DNA from: Zancudomyces culisetae HAW-14-8 | Lineage: Eukaryota; Fungi; Kickxellomycota | Direction of reading: 5' to 3' | Length of the DNA: 64,000 bases | Assembly (NCBI GenBank): GCA_052426225.1 | Contig: JBNJNM010000011.1 | Span: forward strand, 2,170,001 to 2,234,000 | The notes under the pieces: model-generated | Seen by the model: the letters and a program-made list of their open reading frames with translations, nothing else | The model's database searches: none | Told to the model about the DNA's origin: nothing | Part shown: positions 47,148 to 59,679 of the stretch, in pieces | Layout of the letters: the number at the start of each line of letters is the position of its first letter | How positions within the stretch are numbered: the stretch's first letter is position 1 | Position numbers and translations under genes: made by a program

Positions 47148-48370
47148 ATGGAGGATTTTCAAGGTAATATGCTCAGACCAAATGATGGGGTTAGCATAAT
47201 ATACTCCGAGAATGGATCTGCCCAAGTTTCCATTCCCAGACGCGTGAACCCGAACCCTGCTGGGTATCTACAGGAACAGAACGCGACCGAGTTTCAACAG
47301 GAATCATTCCCAATAGTGAGTGGTCATCAGATTGAAGGGGGAGCTGGAACCCATTTTAAGGATTCTACAGTCAAAGGTAATGTATATGTGGTTCTAAGAT
47401 TAGACCAAACTATAACAATCTCTGAATTACCTATAGCAAGTCGAAAGAATCATGTTCCGTTGAGATTCAGAATTTATGGAAAACTGCACGAAATTGAAAA
47501 GGCGGATGTCATGGAGAAACGAGAGTAAGATTATTATCCCTGTACAATTACGTTTATGCATTTTATCGCAAAATCCTCTTGGAATAAAAGAATAGTTTTG
47601 ATAAAATAACGAGTATAAACCCTTATGATGTTGTTTTGTTCAACTATATAGATACTACATCCAAAGAAGGCGTGAAATAAAGGAAGAAATAAATAAATTG
47701 TTATCTGGAACACATCCAGTATTTCAAGAGATGGTGGTTAAAATTGAACAGGAAAGAGATGTTTTTTTATCTCAGGCAAAAGAGGCACACCAAAGCAAAA
47801 TGGATCTCTATGACAAAGAGCTAGAATCCTTAGAAATGCAAGCCAGTATTGATTTTGAGGTATGCCAATATTTTGCTATTTGTCTACAAAAATAGAAGTA
47901 AGTCAAAATGAATAAAAAGGCGCCACCATTTAACTATTTTCTATAAATTAGAACGAGAAAAAACAACTTGTCAGTAAGCTTATCTCTAATGTAGAAGAAA
48001 AGCGGCGCAAAATTAAAGAGGAACGAGAGAGTCTGGATATTACAAGCGGTACGTTTTGATTGGCTTTGGTTGTATAATATATAACTTGTATTTATTCTTA
48101 AAATTTTTTACTCTGCGCATAGATCACCTTTTGGATTCAACACGAGGACCCGGAAAGCGTAACTTAAGAAACAGGGGACTTGATACTGTTCTTAATTCGT
48201 CAAACAAAGCTAATGTTCGCCGTAAACAGACCCAAAACCAAGGGATTACTAATCTTACTGAAGAAGAAATAATTGCGGACTTGACTGAGATTAGAAAATT
48301 CACTGGGGTTACTGGGCCATTATCCTTACCAAATGGTACGAAGAAGGGAACAAAGTCAGGAAGACGCTAG
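47148..48370 (+). CDS. Sds3-like Sin3/HDAC complex subunit (introns 47377-47436, 47525-47651, 47860-47951, 48049-48122)
   Basis: Spliced coiled coil ...EINKLLSGTHPVF...EEKRRKIKEERESLDI...KRNLRNR...LTEEEIIADLTEI is the Sds3/BRMS1 pattern. A possible 5'-UTR intron lies upstream. Confidence 0.78.
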
Positions 48371-49167
48371 TTTGTTCTTGTGACTTTTTCCCCCAATTAG
48401 ATGGTTAGAACGCACCGTTGGTAACGGGGGGCTGTTCTTTCTTGTACTATTTTTTATCTATCCATTAAAAAATGTGACTCCAATACAAAACTAATCGTAT
48501 GGTTTTTGGATTCGGTTTTTTTGCTATTTCATGTAAATCTAAAATGTTCATACGACTTAATTCAACAATCTTTAACCCAATTTTTTTTTGTTCTTCATCT
48601 TATATATCATTAACTCATTGTTAGCACATGTTTGTCATAATTAGAACATGTTTTTGGTATCAAGATGAGCTTTTTTGTCAATTTGTGTATATAAGAAGCG
48701 TTGTTGTGGATAGCTCAGGGGGTTCATACTGCTGTGTCTTTATTGTAGTGGGAGGATAGCGTTCTGAGCTGAATTAGATTAAAGTTGGATGTCCATCAGC
48801 ATGTAGCTACAACTGCCTCTTGCTAAAAGTATCATTTTTCAGTGTTCTTGTAAGCAAATGCTAAAAAATATAGCCAATTTCAGCCATATTGCCTTAGATA
48901 AATCGGCCCTTAGCACGTACAAATCCGCGGCCTTTTTTCCCTCATTATTATAGGTGGCTATTGGTCCACGAATAGCAATCAAGAGTTCCAACCTCCGCAA
49001 AATCTAAATAAATTAAAAACATTTTGATGTGCGTCAGGTTATTTGTGTCAATGGAAGGTCAAGTTTCAAAGCAACTTGAGTGTAGTAATTCATAAAATAA
49101 AAGCGATAGGCAAAGAAACAGAAATTGATTTCTACACGAAAATCCAGAGCAAAGAGATATATACAAA

Positions 49168-51819
49168 ATGCCAGCCAAAAATGAGGGTTCATGGTATTTC
49201 GGCTTGTTTGTTGCCGCGCTTTCGCTAAAAATGCTTTTGTTTGATTCCTAGTAAGTTCTGTATCCGCAAATTGAGGTTATATATATACATATATATATAT
49301 GTGTGTGAGGTGTGGTGTGTTTTTGGGTGGGTAAAGTAGCCAGTTGAGTTTAATAAACTTAACTTTATAATAAAATCTAATCATCTGCATAATACCAAAC
49401 TTCATAGCATCTCAACTGATTTTGAGGTACACCGCAATTGGCTTGCGATTACAAAAACATTACCGATATCAAAATGGTATTTTGAGGTATTATTATTATT
49501 ATTTCTATACTGCAGTCTCGGGTTATCAATAAAATTATTGTCCCACGCGCATTTTTTTGTATAAATACTCTATGTCCTCTGATATTGATGTGTCACGTAG
49601 AATTAATTTGTGATATACAATTAGAGCACCAGCGAATGGACACTAGATTATCCTCCGTTTTTTGCCTGGTTTGAATACTTTCTATCCCAATTTGCCTTTT
49701 TGTTTGATGAAAATATTACCAATATATCCCAAACTGCGTACTCTTCTCTGGAATGTAAATACTTTCAACGAGTGACTGTACTTGCTAGCGAGCTTGTGCT
49801 ACTTTCAGCACTTTATAGGTAACAGATAAAAATACATACATATACATATGTATATATCATTTTTCCTCTTCCATTATAATTATATTCTCTCCAAAATGTA
49901 TTTTTTGCACTCTTTTTTCTACTCTTTATCATATACTTGATTGACTACTTACTTTTTAGATTTGGAAAGATCAATAATTTTACGATTCAAAGCAAGATTA
50001 TATCTGTTCTGGTATTCTTGAGCCCAGGATTTATCATTGTGGATAGTATTCATTTTCAGTACAACGGATTTTTATTCGGGATACTCATATGGTCGATTAA
50101 TTTTGCATTAGAGGTAATGTTTACACAAACACAATATTTTAATGTTAAGAATGCTTAGTGGGGAGACTTGTTACATTTGACTAAATGTCTAGTACTACTA
50201 ATCTTCATGTTTTATTGTATGAACTATGTTGTTTCTGTAACATTTGCTTTTACTAATAGAATATGAACATCCTATCGGGCCTATTTTTTGCAATTCTTCT
50301 AAACTTCAAGCATATTTTTGTTTATATCGCACCAGCATACTTTGTGTATCTACTTCGTGTATCACTAGCTAGCAAAAAAGGTAGTTATGTATCCACATCC
50401 TTTTTGTCGATAGCCATGTTAACCTTGGGCAACTCAACTGATAAAAATTGTGGGTTCTATCTATAATTAGGTGGAATATCAATCAGCTCAAAGGCAATTG
50501 CTCGTATTGCTGGCCTAGGTATTGTCGTTTTGGGAGTTTTTCTGATCTCATTTGGCCCTTTTATTTATATGGGACAGATTAACCAAGTGATATCGAGACT
50601 ATTTCCATTTAAAAGAGGTTTAACACACGCATACTGGGCTTGTAATTTCTGGGCACTTTATACAATTCTGGACAGAGCACTTATAGGTGGTAGGTTGATT
50701 TCAATGGATCATTCAATTGCTTCTTCTACTAGTACCAAATCTATAGTTTCTGCATATTGTAATATTAATTTTGGAATGTGCAAACATCTAAACTTCACGA
50801 AATCAAATACTAACTAACCATACAGTAAACTAACTCCTTTTAAAATATTTTTGTTTAGCCTCAAAAGTACTAAAACTCGGCTGGGTAGAGAATATCGACT
50901 CACTATCCTCAAACACTCGAGGACTAGTGGGTAACACCACATTTGGAGTGCTATACGAGATTCAACCGCAATTGACATTCGCGCTTTCATTTCTTGCTAT
51001 GGTTGTAAGTCCTTCATTATTGAATTGCCTTCATCAGTTGTGTACTTAGTTTAACGCAAAAAAAAAATAAACATTAATATTATATTTATTTACCTGTATC
51101 ATTTTGAAGCCCTGTTTGATACGAGTTTGGAGAAAGCCATCGCCGAAAAACCTACTGCTTGCAATTTCCGAGTGTGGGCTAGCTTCGTTTTTATTTGGTT
51201 GGCATGTTCATGAAAAAGCTGTTTTGCTGTTTTTGATTCCAAAAAGGTACCTTCTAGCTGAATATTTTTACTCTTTTTTTTGGCTTTATTTTACATTTCC
51301 ACGCTACTCTGACTAACTAACATTCTTATAATTACGAAATTCTCTTGGATTAGCCTTTCACTCATTGATTGTACGCAAAAGGATCTCAAGATATTTTTCA
51401 TTTCAGCAATCTCAGGATACTTTGGGCTTCTTCCATTACTCTTCACACCTCAAGGTATATTCCACTAATATTTCTTTTGTGTATCGGTGTTAATGCTAAT
51501 TTTTATCGATAAAGACTAAAGAAATACAATATAATAAATAGAATTTGTTATAAAGTACACGGTGCTTGCGCTCTGGATCTTGGTTTCTCTGCTCTACAGA
51601 TACGAATATAAAGAAAAAAGCATACCAATCTATTCAACACTTGCCTTTTTTGAGAAAGCGTACATTCTTGGATTTTTCCTGTTGTTTGGTTACGCCGAGA
51701 TTTTGCACTATGTAATATTCAAGTCTGCAATGCAATTTTTGCCTCTTGCTATTATATCCTCATACTGTGCTGTTGGCGTGCTTTATACGTATATACTTTC
51801 CTTTGACATATTTGGGTAA
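49168..51819 (+). CDS. ALG8: Dolichyl-P-Glc alpha-1,3-glucosyltransferase ALG8 (about 10 exons)
   Basis: [75 protein letters not shown]. Confidence 0.95.
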
Positions 51820-52009
51820 TCAAAAAAAAACTGTGGTTTTCACTTTTCTTTCTAGAGTCTTATTTTTGTTACCACTTGTTTGCTTTCCTTTTAGCGGATT
51901 CATTTTTTTTTTATTTTGGAAAAACGTTCTACAATAACCCTAACCCACTCATACATACAATATAAACGCAACCTACAGGACATTCGCTATGAACACCGAT
52001 GCATGATAG

Positions 52010-54199
52010 TTAGACATATTTATTCATTTTCTTGGTATTCGCACACACGTAAAACTTGTATATCTCCTCGTAAAATATCAGAAAAGCTTTTTTGTATACT
52101 TCATCGAATATCCCTATAGGATATGTATCATGTTTTATCCCATTTTTGATCTTTAAGTACAGCTTCGTTTCAATGTTTAGTTGTAGTGCTGCATCTTTTT
52201 CTATGTACCTGTTGTATATCTCTTGATATTTTTCCTTCAAGTTGATTGGAACAACTATCTCTGCAACTTCTGCTTCTCTACAATAGCCTTGCCTAGAAAA
52301 CACAAAAAGCGCATCTAAAATGGAGACGCTCATACTCGAGATAAATGGTGCTGTAATAAGTGGTTTTGAACGCTGCTTTTGTTTACTGCTAAAGAATGGG
52401 ATGGTTATCTTGTTGTAATCAGTTTTAGCATTTGCTGTTTCAACTCTCTCACAACATCTGTCTTTTCTGTATGATTTATGTGCAACATGTCCACTGATAC
52501 CAGCGGATATTATGTTTAAGCTTTCTTTACTGCACGGGTTATTAGGTGGCTCTGCTATATTGGAATAAAACTCAAAAGACCTATGTACTAATTTCCAATT
52601 AAATGGTACTAAACTGCTGATGCGGTTTGGTGCACCATTGGGACAATTTCCCTCCGTCACCATCAGATGCGGATTTATTGAGGCAGGGCTTCTAATGTAT
52701 GTGTGATGTGTGCTATTGGTATTTGACCTTATATTTTCTAGAGACACTGCTCTTTTTTTTGTTTTACTGTTGTGGGGTGTGCACTCTCCGTTTTTTGCAG
52801 AAGTCAAGGAAAGGTTCTTTTTATGTTTAACTGTATGCCTCTCAAATTTACCCTTTTTATTGACTGCACCCTGGCTTTTACTATCTACACTCTTTAACAC
52901 CGGTTTGAGTATTTTAAAGATTCTTTTATAGCGATTGTCACTAGATGATCTATTTTCATTGGAATCCATTTCCAAAATATTAAGAGTAAACACATTTGAA
53001 ATGTAATAACCAAGTATCGCTTGTTTCAGGTTCTGGTAATCTTCTAAAAACATCATTATTTCCGAACAAAACCTTTTCGCTGCATAGTTTCTCATTTCAC
53101 ACAAAAAATTTGGATTCTCTATAACTTTCTTGAAGAATTCCTCGCTAATCATCTTTAGATACAGTGGTTTTGTGCTTTTGTTGTAGTGATGACACATCAG
53201 TCTCAATAGTGGAATGATTACAGAGGATATCTGTGATAGATTGAATACAATTATGCATGGTATAAACGGAATGTAGTTTTTAACATGTATTTTAAAAATT
53301 GCTATGGTCACAAAGACCATTGTGCAAATAAACGCTCCAGAATATACGATTAGGATATCCGACTTGATCCCGAACGCATCATCAATGTTCCACAGCTTGT
53401 AAACCACACACGGAAACACTATCAAAAACACCACTATATTTATCCCATACAATGGATAGTACTCCCAAACACATATTTTACAAGGTGTTGTAGCTAGGGG
53501 GGCTATAGTGAACCGATTTGTCTGTGTTTGAATAATAGTCACTATTGCTAACCCCACCAATAATATTGCTGCGAGATACAGCAGTAGCCTGTTTTCCGAT
53601 GTTCTTTTCTGTTCAACAATCGCAAGGTTGATAAATCTGTGTTTTATTCCGGCTATAAACCTCATTCTGGCAGAATTCTTAAAACTTGGTGGGGTAGAAG
53701 TGCCTGTTTTTGGGACCGTAGGTTTGGATAGAAATCTGATTTGACACACACCCTTCTGCTTGTTTTGTATACTAATGGAAATATAATCATTTTTTTCTGG
53801 TTGAGCACGGCTATTCTCTCGAATGATCTTTAGTTTGGTGGTTTTATATATGTTTTCCATCTCGTTTCTTCGAAAATATACCTTGTTGTAGTTTATTGTA
53901 AACAAAATGTACAGCCGTAGTGCCTTTACTAAAACACACCCCATATACACAAATAGAAAGGTATACGTTGTCCATAGCACAAGAATGCAGGGGAAACCAT
54001 CCCAGACAAATTGTGCCACATATACCGAATTAACCACCAACATACTCATCGATCCTATTATATTTAATACAACAGCATGTTTGCTTATTTCTTCTTTTTT
54101 TTTACCCCAGTATACAAAAGCTATGTTTGATGTGGTAAATAGTACCACATCTGTTACACATATAGCAAGAAATCCAACTTTCACTGCCGTCAATGTCAT
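52010..54199 (-). CDS. 7TM-RGS receptor (GprK/AtRGS1-like)
   Basis: Seven hydrophobic segments, C..WEYYP and IDDAFGIKSD motifs; RGS halves FKKVIENP...FCSEIMMFLEDYQNLK and IYNRYIEKDAALQLNI...IFDEV. First ATG (MTLTAV) taken as the start. Confidence 0.85.
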   Translation of the reverse strand: MTLTAVKVGFLAICVTDVVLFTTSNIAFVYWGKKKEEISKHAVVLNIIGSMSMLVVNSVYVAQFVWDGFPCILVLWTTYTFLFVYMGCVLVKALRLYILFTINYNKVYFRRNEMENIYKTTKLKIIRENSRAQPEKNDYISISIQNKQKGVCQIRFLSKPTVPKTGTSTPPSFKNSARMRFIAGIKHRFINLAIVEQKRTSENRLLLYLAAILLVGLAIVTIIQTQTNRFTIAPLATTPCKICVWEYYPLYGINIVVFLIVFPCVVYKLWNIDDAFGIKSDILIVYSGAFICTMVFVTIAIFKIHVKNYIPFIPCIIVFNLSQISSVIIPLLRLMCHHYNKSTKPLYLKMISEEFFKKVIENPNFLCEMRNYAAKRFCSEIMMFLEDYQNLKQAILGYYISNVFTLNILEMDSNENRSSSDNRYKRIFKILKPVLKSVDSKSQGAVNKKGKFERHTVKHKKNLSLTSAKNGECTPHNSKTKKRAVSLENIRSNTNSTHHTYIRSPASINPHLMVTEGNCPNGAPNRISSLVPFNWKLVHRSFEFYSNIAEPPNNPCSKESLNIISAGISGHVAHKSYRKDRCCERVETANAKTDYNKITIPFFSSKQKQRSKPLITAPFISSMSVSILDALFVFSRQGYCREAEVAEIVVPINLKEKYQEIYNRYIEKDAALQLNIETKLYLKIKNGIKHDTYPIGIFDEVYKKAFLIFYEEIYKFYVCANTKKMNKYV

Positions 54200-56892
54200 T
54201 TTTCTTTTCTTCTCTTTTCTTTTTGCTTTATATTTGACTGTTTTTACTGTTTTTACAAGAATTCCTATTAACATTTACTTTTTTATACAATTTCTAGTTA
54301 ATATATCAATTTGAACAGTGTTTAATTCAAACACGCCAACTTTTTTTTTTGATTGAATGCTTTTTGTCATATGCTTTTTTTATTTTAAAGCAAAGTACTA
54401 ATCACTGAATATTAATCACTAGTAGCACTATTTGTTGAAATAGTTAGAGGTTTTTGCAGCCTTTTGCAAGTGTAATTTATATTCAATCTGACTCTTAAAG
54501 AACAACAATAAAAATGTTCTATGATCACGAAAAAAGTACTAGTAAAACTCTTTTAATTTTCACTCAAACGAGTTAAATCAGCTCATTTTCCATGCTGTTG
54601 TTATGTAAACAGGTTTCCAAGGTAAACAAAAAGTCTTTATTGATCGATGTGCTCAGCATACACCAATAACTGCAGGATATTGACTCAGATTGTTCGATAC
54701 CACTTTTTACAAAGCCTTGGAAGTTTAAAAGATTTTTGACAAAAAAAAAGCTAAAAACAGGTTTTCATTGATTTCTTGTGTCAGTTCATTCCAAAAAACC
54801 CAATGGATGGGAATATTATCAAGTTTTAATCTAATACCTGGTTATTCCATTCTGTACAAGTACTATGCTGTTCAGACCCACGCACCTCTAATCAATGATG
54901 ACGAAATTAGCCAAGCAGATCGCTAAAACGATGTTTTCAACCAGGATATTAGTCAATGTGTGCTAGTGGTACAGGTGTCGGGTTTTGAGAAACATTATCT
55001 GGGGTTGTAAACCTTTGTTTGTATGCAAACTTGAACGAGCTATGATACAGGTATGCCCGTTCCGAAGATAATGACAACTATATACTTGTACACGTGTTTA
55101 TGATCTTCCAATGTGTGCATTTAACAAGTATTTTTTTGTGTTGGGATTATACTTGAACACCATCTAATACATCTTTAGATGTTGTGATGAATACCTGTGG
55201 GTATTGTATTGTATTGTTTGTATAAATGTGTTACGTTGACTAGCCTGCACCCACTACAAGTATATATCTCCATACACTAGACTTATCCCATATTATTCAG
55301 GTACCGAGAGGGGAAGTTCATTTTGAAGCTCTCAAAAACAAATATTTGAAAGATACCGAGTACACTCTTAACCTCAAGCTGTGAGCATTCACAAACCTTT
55401 TTTATCAGACCATAGTAAAAACCAGGCAAAAAGTTAAACCAGTTATACCGGGGCAATTGCCTTTTCATGGCAGCACTGTAAAAGTTGGTCTTTGAGCAAG
55501 AACTTTCGAGTTATCAAGTTTATAATAAATATTTTTTTGGGGGGAATCTTGCTTGTTTTTTTCTGTTTTTGAATACGGAAAACCGCTAATGGAAAAGTGA
55601 TCCTTGAGTTGTTTTTAGAGATATTGATACTTTTGTGCCATTGCTTGAATGAATCATAATAGCATCCCTTGTCGTTATTATCGTTCTACTCACTTAGCTT
55701 CTTTTAATTTCAGCTGTACGCTAATAAATGAAGCAGGGATATTTTGTGAACAGAAAAGAAAACAAGTTTTGGGCTTGTTAGAAACCAAGGTTGATGCAAT
55801 AAAAAAAACGGCATCAATAATGCTGGCTTCTATGTTCACTTGTGCAAGTGTTATGCTTAAGTGTTTTTTTTAGTTTGTGGACACTATAAAGCAATCAACT
55901 GGTAATTTTAAACGGCAAGGATGTTAGAACCGCTTTTTTCTTTGACACTCGCTAAGGGGTTTAATTTACAGCAGAAAAAGAGGAAGATGTAGGGTAGGGA
56001 TCTCCAAAAGAATGCAGTCGGGCTTTTTTGAATTTAAAAGGCTGGTGTGTCCTTCATCAAGTAGTTGGGATTGAGTACCGTTTCTGCATATATGTTAACT
56101 TTTTTTTCAGTTTCTATACATTAATGCTGTTTAGCAAAGTTGTGTATTAACCCGACTACACACTTGAAACAAATAGGAAATAGGGGGAAATGTGGGTTTA
56201 GCATTCCAAATAAAAAACATCGCCATGATACATAAATAGCCTTAGTTGTGTTATTCTGCCGATAATGAGGTAGACTAAAGTTGGTGCCAAGGCATTACTA
56301 GGGATAGGGTTGAGGTTAAGGTTGGAGCGTTGGAGCGTTGGAGTTGGAGTTGAAATAAACTTATATACACATCAACGTATTTATTGAGTATCTCACTTGT
56401 TCATGTGTGTGGAAAGGAATGTGTGCATTATCATAAGTTTGTATTTACTATAGGCGTTTTTTGTTTTTGTTTTTATTGCCTGGTTGTTGTTTGGTTGATG
56501 TGTAAAGTGGTATAAAGCTTGGGAATTTTTATTGCAGGGCTAATAAAGTCAATGAGCTAAAGTAAATAAATAATCATAATCTATTGGATGGTTCTCTAAA
56601 CTCCAAATAATTTGATCCAGAGGCTAAAAAAAAAATAATGCAGACAGAAAAATACAACGGGAATTTGGATTTTCGAAAATCGCGAGTCAACAAAACAAGA
56701 GCATTTTCTCGCCACACATCCAATTTTTGGTACTGATTTAATTTTTTCGACATATTATAATAGAGAATTTGATATGTAACACTAATAAATGAATAATCAT
56801 AGTCATAGACTGGACAAAATATTAGAATACAAGACTAAATCAAAAAATAAAAAAACGAAAAGCAATATATAAAGAGTAATTTTTGAGATAAA

Positions 56893-58618
56893 ATGGACGA
56901 AGAGGAAATAGGGGCAAAAATGAAATTTAAAAGTGGGTGGAAATATTATTATGAATCCAGATTCGATACATTTGTGGAGCTAAAATGGCCATACATTGAT
57001 GACGATGGGTATAAGGCTCAACCTGAGAGTGTAAGTGTTCTATATATAATTTTTTTGAATAGATATCTCCTGTTGAATTGCCTATTTTTAGTTTATGTAT
57101 ACAGCCGAGAATTAGCCTCAAAAAATTAACAATGTATAGTAGAATAACAATTCGAAATATTTTATATATGCGGATTACATAGCTTGCCTCAGCAGGATTC
57201 TATTTTAATCCTTCTGGAGAGCACCCGGATAATGTAAAATGTGCCTACTGCGACAAGGAACTCGGTGAATGGACAAAGAATGACGATCCATTTCAAGTAC
57301 ATTACGAGCACTCCCAAGCCTGCATATGGGCAAAGGTGCATTGCAGGCAAAGGGTGTGTATGAATGAGGGAGAAAAATTTATAGGTTGGAAGACGAAAAA
57401 AGTTGCAGAAAAAATCGCATTGGCCGGGTACATTAATGACATAGAATCGCGGTTAATGACTTTTGCTGATCATTGGACGCAAATGGGTAGGAATAAGTGG
57501 AGACTATCCCCTGTAAAGGTAGGTTTTATTGTTGCATCACAATTTTGAATATTTATATGGCGTATGGTGTTTTTAATGATACAATAAATAACAATGTAGC
57601 TTGCAATGGCCGGATTCTATTTTTGTCCAGATAAAGAGGGGGACGATGCGGTTAGATGTGGTTGTTGCAACTGTATATTAGATCAATGGGAAGAAAACGA
57701 CGATCCAAGGTTTGTTCCATTTGCTAACTAGATAGACTGAACCGTTGGATGGAGACTAGTTAATCTAAACACACGGATAAATAAAAGTACATTTATTCTG
57801 ATGAAAATACAAATAATAGGAACGAGCATATGAAGCGTTATCCATCATGTCTCTATTTCCGAAAAATCATGATCAAAGAAATCTCAGATAGTAAAAAAAA
57901 TACATCTACAGTAAGTCCTCAATGTCATATTTTTCTGATTAATACACTCAACTATGATTAGCTAGCTTTAAAAAGGTGTTATGGTATGAAAATACATTAG
58001 CTCAATACGAAAAACGACCCCTCCCGAAACCACGAAAAAAACGGTATGGAAAAGGCTATTCTCAACGGGCAACGGGTGTACAGAAAACCGCCATTGCCCT
58101 CTTTTAAGAAAGGAAAACTCGAAAACGCACACAAGCCATCATCACAACCTCCTATGAATTTCACACCTCAAAAGAACACAGGAAGTCAGCCAAGCACTCA
58201 ATTTGGTAGCTACACAAACAATAATACATCAAATAACCACCAAACTGGTCAAGAGCTGGTCGATTCAAGGAAGCCTGGGTTCAGAATTGCGTTTAAAAAC
58301 CCGAAAAAAACAAATACTTCGAATCTGCAATCTCCTGCCTTGGAGGACGTCGAAATGGAGGATGTTATGCCCACGCAACCAAATGATGTAAATAATAAAA
58401 ATGCTGTCGCTGGGAATAATACAATCTCACCCTATCCTGCTCCCCACTATCCACATTCTGAAGTTTATTCAGATGAGCAGCTAAACATGACTGTAGAGGA
58501 GTATATCCGTAATCTTCATTTGGAAAACCTGAATTCTTTGGAGGCTGAGAGTAAAAGGAAGATAGACCACTTAAGATCGCTTGCAAAACAGCTCAGAAGC
58601 GATTTAGGCTCGTTATAA
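56893..58618 (+). CDS. BIR1: Survivin/Bir1-like IAP with two BIR domains (exons 56893-57030, 57183-57518, 57600-57709, 57820-57910, 58001-58618)
   Basis: R..TF..WP/LASAGFY..DNVKCAYC...W...DDP...H....C and LAMAGFY..DAVRCGCC...WEENDDP..EH...PSC; C-terminal MTVEEYI helix of fungal Bir1. Confidence 0.92.
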
Positions 58619-59182
58619 TTTTTGTACCCCATTCTCGACAAATTCTAGAGCGCTCTTTACCATTGTATTTAATAGCATATCTTGGTTCCTCCCAAAAGAA
58701 ACTTGCTTGGGTGGGTGTGAGTTTTGCATATAGTCGCTTATTGTTTCGTATCTCTATTAGTGGGTGCTAGTATGTTCTTTAATATTTTAATTTTTCATGA
58801 TAGACTTAAATAAACCTTGCACCACCGTTCATATCGTATAGATTCGCAAGTATTAATCTGTTTATAGTTTGTTTTCGCTTTTCAATAGATTGACTGTTTT
58901 TTTTAGGCAATGTTGCTATGTGTGGATCTTATAGTTAGACAACTATGATTTTTTTTGGCCGAAAATAAAACGCACCAAATTGGTAGCATTTATTACATTA
59001 CATTTTTCTGTTCACTTGAATTAATCCCACGTATTAAATGGCTTGTTCTTTTAACACTTTCAAGAATATGTGATTATTTTGTTTAAAAAATTAACTACTT
59101 CCATTAAGTTGCCTTTGTATTCTCCAAAAAAGTAATAGTAAAAGCCCAGCCGTATACTCGAAAGTAAGAAAAAGATCAAAAG

Positions 59183-59679
59183 ATGCTTGTAGTCCAGCAA
59201 ATTAAAAACTTTGGAAAAATAGTAAGTAGGTCCAGTATTTTAATGTTTACGCCCAACAAATTCCCCCGACTTGGCACCCTCGACATATTTGCATTTCTAA
59301 ATTTAACATTTAGTATACTAAATGAATTAGGACTTTTCCGGGCAGGAATTAGTCTCTCGACTTTCGACCATTCTACTCGTGTTCTTTATGGTATGTCTTG
59401 TAGCGTTTTTAATTTGAAATGTGAATTTTTATACAGCTTTTTTACTCTATTCAATGCAGTTTAGCAAGAATAATAACAGCATCAACTGAATGGCAAAAAT
59501 TTATACGTTAAATATAGATTGCTAGCATAGCTGTTGGTCAGGTCTTCCAAGATATTTCACTTGTATTTTATACTTATCTTGCCGGTTCAGTTATCACCGT
59601 TTTTTTGGTAACATTTCCACTACCCATGTACAACAAAAACCCTGTCACTTGGCTGAGCAAAAAGGATGAAAAAAAGTAA
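59183..59679 (+). CDS. SPC1: Signal peptidase complex subunit SPC12/Spc1 (exons 59183-59221, 59331-59390, 59518-59679)
   Basis: Spliced: ...GKIDFSGQELVSRLSTILLVFFMIASIAVGQVFQDISLVFYTYLAGSVITVFLVTFPLPMYNKNPVTWLSKKDEKK*; DF.GQ and P.YNKNP..WL signature. Confidence 0.9.

Noticed and set aside
54895-55200. C/D snoRNAs at RTGATGA boxes (also about 14312 and 21499)
   Set aside because: No suitably placed CTGA D box, terminal stem or recognisable rRNA guide.
56013-56160. MITE defined by TGCAGTCGGG/CCCGACTACA inverted repeat
   Set aside because: Only 9/10 bp, no target-site duplication and no second copy in the window.
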